Part shown: one piece after another, positions 55,517-64,000 of the stretch
Layout of the letters: the number at the start of each line of letters is the position of its first letter
Position numbering within the stretch: position 1 is the first letter of the stretch
NCBI GenBank assembly: GCA_951406725.2
Contig: OX597824.1
Span: 43,648,001-43,712,000, forward strand
Direction: 5' to 3'
Source of the DNA: Octopus vulgaris
Taxonomy: Eukaryota
Length of the DNA stretch: 64,000 nt
Position numbers and translations under genes: made by a program
The notes under the pieces: generated by a model
What the model saw: only the letters and a program-made list of their open reading frames with translations
What the model was told of the DNA's origin: nothing
Databases searched by the model: none

Positions 55517-56653
55517 CAGGGGGTGTAAGATATTTGAGGACTGATTTATGTTTATAAAAAACAGACATGTAATAACAAGTAATAACTTTAGTTATCAATA
55601 AATGCTTCTATATGAGATATAAATCATCTACATGCTTGAATCAAGTGGTCCTAGTTCATTTTGAACATTATTCTGACTATAGCAGCTTTCAAAAAATCTT
55701 TGGTGTTATGAGTGTGTTCATTGACCTCTTTGTCAACAATGCTCCACATATAATAGTCCAATGGATTAAGATCTAGGGAATTAAGAGGCTAAATGTTAGG
55801 GGTTATGTAATCATGAACATTTTCAGCCATCCATTCCTGTATTATTAGAGCCATGTGTGATAGTGCAGAGTCTTACTGAAACACATATGGCCTTCCATTG
55901 CATACACTGTCTATCCAGGGCTTAATTATTTCCAGGACCTCACTGTAGGCAGCAGAGTTAACTCTAAGGCCTTGTGGAAAGAAGTAAGGAAGCATCACAT
56001 GTCCTTCATTACTGACAACCCTTAAAACTGTGACAGTTGCAGGAAATTTTGTATGCATAACACTTGGAACTTCAGAAGGGTCTGCACATAACCATCTATA
56101 ATTTCTTCTGTTAACTTTTTGATCTTGGTCGAAGTTTTTCTCGTTTGAGAAAAACCAAATCAAATAATCTTCTGCTGGATTTTTCAGTTTGTTTAAGAGC
56201 CTTTTAGATCTGATGTAATGATTTTCCTTTGCTTTTTCTGACAAGACTTATATCTGATGTCTTCGTGGACAACATTTCTGACTGCTCCTTCTAACACATG
56301 GAGATCTTTTGCAATTGACCTCATGAACTTTCTGGGATTGTAATCAATGGTCTGTTGAACTTACTGGATAAATTCAAGTTTTCTGGTGATTTCAGAGTGT
56401 TTAGAATGCTTTTTATGCTTTGATACTGGTATTACATTTCCTTGTAGAAGAAAGATATGGCAACTTTTAAAATTCGAGATATTTCTAAATCGCTATACTT
56501 AGCCTTTATAACCACAATAAAAGCATGCCACTTCATTTCTTGAGTAAGCTGAGGGTCTGCCATTATCTTCTGAAACAAAGATTATACAGAGTTAGCAAAA
56601 AATTACAGCAATGACCCAAAAACGGTATGTCCTCAAATACCTTATGCACCCTG
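55517..56653 (-). mobile_element. maT/DD37D Tc1-mariner transposon, full-length but defective
   Basis: ~25-bp TIRs cagg(g)..taag.tatttgaggac; ATG at 56563; FFSNEKNF (D1 mutated to N), FQ*DSA, 37 residues to NPLDY. Confidence 0.85.
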
Positions 56654-57114
56654 TGTATGTGTATATATATATATATATATCATAACTGATGAAAGAAACA
56701 GAAGATAGATTTGGCAGTCTTTATTCAGTACGATAAACGTTTCACTCAACACACTAACTGACATATGGCCATTAGTCCAAAAATTACATGTGTGTGTAGA
56801 GAGAGAGGCGGGGGTATGTAAGTCTAAGTAATTATATATGTGATTATGTGTGAAGAGATATTTATATGTATGTATCTACATCATCATAATTTTAATGTCC
56901 ACTTCTCCATGCTCACATCAGTCAGGTAGAATTTGTTATAGTGGATTTTCTACAGCCAGATTTTCTTCCTGTTGCCAACCCTCACTGGTTTCCAAGTAAG
57001 CTAATATTTTCTCATAGCTAGACATGTTTTTATGGAAGATTAGAAATGAAGGACACTCATGACTATCATGGGATGTCAAGTCAAGGTGGTAGTAACATAT
57101 GCATATATGTGTGT

Positions 57115-57906
57115 ATCATCATCATCATCATCATCATTTAGCGTCCGTTTTCCATGCTAGCATGGGTTGGACGGTTCAACTGGGGTCTGTGAAGCCGGAA
57201 GGCTGCATCAGGCCCAGTCAGATCTGGCAGTGTTTCTATGGCTGGATGCCCTTCCTAACGCCAACCACTCCGTGAGTGTAGTGGGTGCTTTTTACGTGCC
57301 ACCCGCACAGGTGCCAGACAGAGCTGGCAAATGGCCACGAACGGATGGTGCTTTTACGTGCCACCAGCATGGGGGCCAGGCCAGGCTGGCAACGGACACG
57401 AACGGATGGTGCTTTTATGTGCCACCGGCACGGGGGCCAGGCGAGGCTGGCAACGAACACAAGCAGATAGTGCTTTTACGTGCCACCGGCACGGAGGCCA
57501 GACGGGGTGGCGCCGGCAACGGCCACGATTGGATGGTTTGCTTAACCACAGCTGCAACTTCCATTGATGTTGATCGACCTCAATTTTGGTTCTGCTTTCT
57601 GATATCTGATTTGATTTGGTTTGATTTTCATTTTGATTTTGATTCTGACTGTTCTCACTGGTCTTGCCGGGTCTTCTCACGCACAGCATACTTCCATAGG
57701 TCTCGGTCTCTAGTCATTTCCTTGGTGAGACCTAAAGTTCGAAGGTCGTGCTTCACCACCTCGTCCCAGGTTTTCCTGGGTCTACCTCTTTCACAGGTCC
57801 CCTCAACTGCCAGGGTGTGGCACTTTTTCACACACCTATCTTCATCCATTCTCGCCACATGACCATACCAGCGCAATCATCTCTCTTGCACACAACAACT
57901 GATGCT
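57115..57906 (-). mobile_element. RTE LINE 3' end (same family as 28125-29618)
   Basis: RWYGHVARMDEDRCVKKC...GRPRKTWDEVVKHDL, tandem ~60-bp UTR repeats, (gat)n tail. Confidence 0.9.
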
Positions 57907-57918
57907 GTATATATAATG

Positions 57919-57950
<32 letters not shown>

Positions 57951-58619
57951 CACACACATGTGTGTGTGTGTGTGCATGTGAAGGTACTTGGCTGGTGGCT
58001 GATGACATACACACACACATACACAAAAAGAGAGAGAGAGAGATACAGCAGGCCTTTTGTTTTTCTTCTCTTTTTTTTTTGTTTCTGACTACCAAAGGGT
58101 TTGATGGTCTCAGAGTAATATTAGAAGACACTTGCCCAATTTGTCACACTCTGAATGTACTAAGTACATTTTATTGTATCAGCAGCATGTTCTCAGATAG
58201 AATAAAGGGTCCTTTTAACTCTTATGTTGTCTCCATTCATTTGTTAACCACATTACAGCATATACTAGAGCATTTTATGGCAGCACCAACAATGGGGATT
58301 ACTGAATGCTCCACAAGTCTGAAGAGTCCTCACTATTCTATGGTGTCTGTTTGTTCAAGGCAACATGACCAAAAGAGAGAGTAGTAAAGGTGGGGGTAAT
58401 GGAAGAGCTGCGGTGTTGGAGTGAAAGTATAATGAGAGAAACAGAATAATGGCAAAGTGGATACCAGAGAGTATAAGTTGGAGAGATTGAATGGGGAAAG
58501 GATGAATTATAGGTTAGTAATAGAGAGATAAGCATATCAAAGAGGTAAGGAACAGGAATTGGAAGCTTAACAAAAATATATTGGGACATAGAACCAAATG
58601 TACATATATACCTTCTAGC

Positions 58620-61000
58620 TGCCATTACTACCATCATTTTAATGTTCAAAAAGTCTTTCTTGCATGAGTGGGTGGTATCCTTTTTAGTACTCTGTTGCCA
58701 ATCATCATGTTCCTTTGTCATCGACATTGTAAGGCTCAGCATCCTTAGATCAGTCTTCATCATTTCATTTCATGTATTCCTAAGTTTCTTCTACTTTGAG
58801 TAACCTACTCTTTTTTTATACAACTGCATATTCTTAATGTATTACATGCCTGTACCATCACTGTACCATCTTCTCTCTTGCACACTACATGTGATTCCTC
58901 TTATACTCAGCTTGTCTCAACTCATTTGTGTTGCATCATACATGCACACTAACATAATCAAAAGAGCATACTCACTCCATTTCTTTTTAATCTTTGCAAA
59001 TCCTCTGCATTCAAGGCCACGTTTCAATACCTTATAGCATTACAGATTATACACAATCACAATACAATCTGCCCTTCACTCTGAGAGCTATTACCAATAC
59101 TGGTAATAGCATTCTCAACTTTTCTCTCTTGTTCTTACATCTCTTCTGCAAATTAAATCATTTAGGTAACAAAAACTAGCAATTCTAAGGAGCCATTCAA
59201 GCATTTAAGAAAATCTCTTTGACATGTGCTCTTAGTGCTTAGTACCCCTGTGTATCTGTCTGTGCAACATATACAGTTCATCTTTACTGTTAGCCTGTCA
59301 TGGATGTATCCATAGTATGTATGTATCCATAGTTCACACTTGGTACACCATATGGAATTTCTGCTCATTCCTTATCTGCTTAGTAAGCACAGCCATTTCC
59401 TTGATGGTAGCTGAATTTTCTTTCTTGCATATCAAAACTTTAGTGTTTGCTGAGTTTACTTTGATGCCTCACAATTTAAAATTTTGTTTCCTAAGTCTGA
59501 AATTTCTTTTCTAAATCTACTGCATATTCAACTCTAAGAACTAGGTCATTAGTATGCAGAAGTTTCCCACAGACAGCCCTAAACTTCTCTATTATAACTT
59601 GGTGAAGTATAATAAACTGGAGGAGTCTCGGGACTAAGCTTTAATTGACTCCCAAATGCATACTTCAATTTGTCCTTCACACTTCATTCTGTCAGTGAGG
59701 CAAACACTTGCCTCACTGACTGCACCTCAACATTTCTTTGCACAGACCTCACAAGCTATTCATTTATACTTAGTTTTCTTAGCTACTACCAGATAACAAA
59801 GTGTGGAACACTGTCAGAAACCTTTTTCAGGATGATGACTGTTAGGTATAGTGGCTTACACCTGGTGAAGGAATTTTGCTGTTGTTCCACTAAGAATATG
59901 ACATTGTTAGTACCTCTTCTTGACACAAAGCTAAACTGCATCTCACTAAACTGTCTACTATTTTGGCTATGAAAACACAGAAGCTCAAAGCTATTTTTCC
60001 CATAGCTCCTTTCCTCTTGCTTTTACAAGATATAGTTGTGAGGGCGCGTGGCTTAGTGGTTAGGGCATTCGGCTCATGATCGTAAGGTTGTGAGTTCGAT
60101 TCCTGGCGACGCGTTGTGTCCTTGAGCAAGACACTTTATTTCACGTTGCTCCAGTCCACTCAGCTGGCAAAAATGAGTTGTACTTGTATTTCAAAGGGTC
60201 AGCCTTGTCACTCTCTGTGTCACGCTGATTATCCCCGAGAACTACGTTAAGGGTACACGTGTCTGTGGAATGCTCAGCCATTTGCACGTTAATTTCACGA
60301 GCAAGCTGTTCTGTTGATCGTATCAGCTGGGACCCTCGTCGTCGTAACCGGCGGAGTCTTTAAACAAGATATAGTAATCTGTTGTGACTTTCAAAATAGA
60401 ACACTTTTAAAAATTTTTTGAACACATGTTTACAAGTTCATTAACATTTTCTGTATGGTTCTAGAAACATGTATTAACAAATTCATTATTATTTTCTGCA
60501 TTTTTCGCAACCCCATATTTACAAATTCAGTATTTTCTGCAGTGGTGAACTTGACCTTCAATTAAGCAGTTTTATTTTCTAACTGTTTTCCTAACCTACA
60601 ATATGTATTCTGACTTTCTGTTGTTACTACACTAGCTGCATTAGTTTTTCAGTCAGACATTCCTAGTAACCCTACTCATTGTTTTTCATAGTTAGAAACC
60701 CAATTATTTAATGCTCAATATAATGTCAGAGTCTACATTTTTCACCTCTGTTATTACTTTGCTTCAATCAGAAATACTGCATACCAGCTTGAAGGTACCA
60801 ACTACAACACAGCATCTCTTTCAAAAGCCATCACAATTCAACAGTGACAAACAAATTAAACACTTCTGCAGCAGATCACTGGCAGCAACAAATGGCTCTA
60901 GCATCCAGTAGTTTTCATAATGCAGAACTTTCTACAAGCTATTTTTTTCTCTAGTACAGATGTCATAAATCATATGTATGCTTGCAAAAATATCACCATC
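58620..61000 (-). mobile_element. Old, heavily degraded RTE LINE interrupted by a SINE
   Basis: MMKTDLRMLSLT, NSIWCTKCELWIH (PHD-like insert), RVKGRLY-like segment; boundaries approximate. Confidence 0.55.
60037..60363 (+). mobile_element. Full-length tRNA-derived SINE family C with 12-bp TSD
   Basis: A box tggcttagtgg, B box gagttcgattcc, core gtgtccttgagcaagacact; TSD acaagatatagt at 60025-60036 and 60364-60375. Confidence 0.9.
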
Positions 61001-61272
61001 AGTCATTTATCTTTCTGCAGAGCCATTTGCATGAAAGCACACACTATGTTTACATTATGCAGACTCACTTGCATAATACATATGTGTACATACAAGTGTA
61101 ATTTTGCAGTTTTGTACACACTTGCAGATCCACTTGCTCTCTTGCTCACACATTATGCAAATCTCTCCTACTTGCACCTTGCATATGCATGATATACGTC
61201 AGTCTCTTGGTTAACTCACCATCTATATCATTCATACCTCTCTCTCGCTCTCTCTCTGTATATATATGTATA

Positions 61273-61332
<60 letters not shown>

Positions 61333-61335
<3 letters not shown>

Positions 61336-61700
61336 GTCTCCTATGATTTAGATTCCTACTCCCACATTTTGCTGCGGTGCAGTGTAACCAAAAGTGGGTA
61401 TCTTATAGTCGTGATTCATATCGAGCCCTTCTGGGTATTAGCGCGCGTCTACGATGAGTCTACGATTTTAAAAAAAAATTACCATCAATTTTTCCCATTT
61501 GTAATGAATTTTTCTGCTATTATATAAGGGAAGTAACTCTCTAAAAATGTATTATTAAATCTCAGAACGTAAAAAGCTACAGTAACACCCCCACCTTTGT
61601 GGTTAGCCATATTGAGATGGCTATTATACTTTACATCTCTAAAAATGCTTATATAGTTATTTCCCTTACAAACCCAAGCAACGCCGGGCGATACTGCTAG
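61333..61700 (+). mobile_element. Helitron 3' portion
   Basis: Hairpin cccaagcaacgccggg then gatactgCTAG|T. Confidence 0.6.
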
Positions 61701-61775
61701 TATATATATATATATATACAGACACACAACTTCACTTTTATATATAAAGATATATATATATATATATATATTGTG

Positions 61776-63185
61776 TCTTTTAGTGACTTATTATTTAACA
61801 CACTCACTGGTAAAGTTTCCACTCATTTACTTATTTATTTTTCCTAAAATTTTCGTTGTGTCTTGCAACCTTTTCAATAGTTGTTGACTCTGTCCATTAT
61901 CTGAGCTGCGTTCTTTTTGTTTGTTTGTGCACATGTGTGTGGGTCAGTGTGTGTACGCATACACATGTATGTATGTATATATGTATCCATGCATGCATGT
62001 AAGTGTAAGTATGCGTGTATGTATGTGTCTGTGTGCGTATGTATGTATGTATGTGTGTACATTTATATGCATGTATTCTGCATATTCATGTTTTTGTGTG
62101 TGTATGTGTGTGTGTACCTCTGTCTCCTAGTGTGTGCATGTCTGAGTGTATGGGTTTTTGTGACTATGTACTATGTCTGTATGTATGGATGTGTGTCTCC
62201 ATATGTGTCCTTGTGTGAAGTGAAGTGTGTGTGTATATGGCCAGGTGTTTCAGTCTTCATTTGCATATGTATGTGTGTATGCGTGCTTGTCTGTTCATAT
62301 TACCTATGTACCTATCCATCTGTATGTCTATCTATTTACATTAATATCCATTTGCCTACATACATGTGCATATACATATACATATACGTATACATATGCA
62401 CACACACACATGCACACATCTACAAAACAGCCTACTAACTATTCTACCTGTATATAAATGTAAACTGTGGGTATGGGGGTATGATTAGCTACTATATATA
62501 TTTCCTATTTAGTACTGGGGATGTTTCATTTATGAGGACATATTCCTGTATTTCTCTGAGTGTTAGGTCCTTTGGGTGCTTGGATAAAATGCAGATGTCA
62601 TGTTGACCCAGATTGCCTCCATGTTGGTCCTTGGTATGTTGGTAGAGTATGGAGGACTGTTTTTGTTGTCATATTGCCTCAAATGTTCGTTTAGCTTTTT
62701 CCACAATGCTCCTTGATGTCTCACCTATGTATGTCATGTTCATGTCTTTACAAGCACCTATGCATCTTATGTTTTAGACTACATTTCTAGTTCTACAGTT
62801 AATGCCAGAGCTAATCCTACATACTATGCAATTATCATTGGTGCATATGGTATTCTCAAAGAGATACATCCTATATAGTTGTGATTTGATGGAGTTCCCT
62901 GGCTTTTCAACAATCTTAATGTTGAGTTTGGTCTCCCTTAGGGCTTTCCTAAATCTATGGGCTAGTTCTCCATGGGCTGTGGCCTCTACAAACATCACTC
63001 CTTGATATTTGGCGGTTTTATACTAAATGTTCACTCTGTTTGCTTTGTCACAAGAATGCAGCTTGGATAACAGACTGAGTCAATGATTACTGAAAAGATT
63101 GCAAGACAACGAAAATTTTAGGAAAAATAAATAAATGAGTGGAAACTTTACCAGTCAGTGTGCTAAATAATAAGGCACTAAAAGA
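61776..63185 (-). mobile_element. Penelope-like element: GIY-YIG relic bracketed by inverted pLTRs
   Basis: Cys-rich linker CTNDNCIVC...NCRTRNVV* and YIGETSRS; pLTR 61776-61908 is the reverse complement of 63059-63185. Confidence 0.8.
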
Positions 63186-63271
63186 GAATGACTCTCCCCA
63201 GACACAACAAAATATGCTTCAACACAAGAACTCACATAAAGTATCTTGCAAACCAAATCAAAAAACGAAAT

Positions 63272-63327
<56 letters not shown>

Positions 63328-63659
63328 ATATTAATTTGCGAAGGTGTCATTAATTCTATTATTATCCAATGTAACTATTTAAAAAAATGATAATAACAGA
63401 ATCAATGACACAGGCAATAGCAGGCCAAAAATAGCATTAAATAGCCAAGGGATTAAAATTAATCAAAGGACATACTAAGTATGTCTACCTGCTTGAAATA
63501 ACAGTCAAAACTCTTATTAAATCGCCAAAAATATACTGATGAAAAACTACAGAAATCAAACGAAGGCAAAATCAGGTTAAGACAATCTACTAACATACAT
63601 TTAAGTATCTGGACTCATGTGAACCGGTTTCTGCACTGGCAAAATAAGCCTTAGCTTCT

Positions 63660-64000
63660 TCAGCAGATAGACATACTTAGTATGTCCAAGTTTAAAAGTC
63701 GTTTTCATGCTTTAGGAATGGTCACTTGTTACTTGAAGATCAACCTCATTCAGGGCAACTGTCAACCTGCTGAACAAATGAAAACATCATGAAAATTTAT
63801 GAACTGATCTTGGAGGACCATCACTGAACAATTGGCAAACTTTCTTATATGACTGGTGTGCCCTGGAGCTCCTGCCAATGAATTTTGAGTGAGGAATTGC
63901 GAATGAAAAGAATTGCATCAAAATTTGTGCCTTGCTAGCTCATGGATGATCAAAAGCAGTCATGATTGAATGTATGTTGTGAACTGAAAGAACAGTGGGA
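63660..64000 (+). mobile_element. mariner transposase N-terminal relic (runs off the window)
   Basis: EDQPHSGQLST...ILSEELRMKRIASKFVP (cf. WVPHEL/FVPRLL). Confidence 0.7.

Noticed and set aside
56685-56745. ctgatga-aa-gaaac hammerhead-like string
   Set aside because: No stem I or stem III pairing could be formed.
57280-57535. Regularly spaced ggtgcttttacgtgccacc repeats resembling a CRISPR array (also 29230-29490)
   Set aside because: Spacers are homologous to each other, the array is the 3' UTR of an RTE LINE, the context is eukaryotic and there are no cas genes.
60041-60110. Possible tRNA gene
   Set aside because: It is the head of a TSD-flanked SINE.

Overview
Repeat-rich, AT-rich eukaryotic genomic DNA, most likely an octopus (coleoid cephalopod). 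The organism call is an inference from recalled tRNA-derived SINE families and the very high microsatellite load. No intact host protein-coding gene is recognisable, and most ORF-track entries are microsatellite artefacts. The window is a mosaic of two or three tRNA-SINE families, LINE relics (Tx1/L1-like, RTE, CR1-like, CRE with a restriction-like endonuclease), Penelope-like elements with hammerhead ribozyme motifs, Tc1/mariner relics (one DD37D/maT element with TIRs) and non-autonomous Helitron/Helentron pieces. Three observations stand out. (1) An ORF1-only zinc-knuckle retroelement at 7.2-8.8 kb carries a 69-bp-arm palindrome, and its 3' tail resembles the tails of both a Tx1-like LINE and a SINE in this window. 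(2) A family of small hammerhead-ribozyme-bearing, hairpin-closed elements sits in (TA)n tracts. (3) An old inverted duplication (about 45.9-46.9 kb versus 53.6-54.5 kb) carries four copies of a conserved ~180-bp module with promoter-like motifs ending at a splice-donor position, consistent with a head-to-head paralogous gene pair with tandem alternative first exons. All alignments were made by eye.
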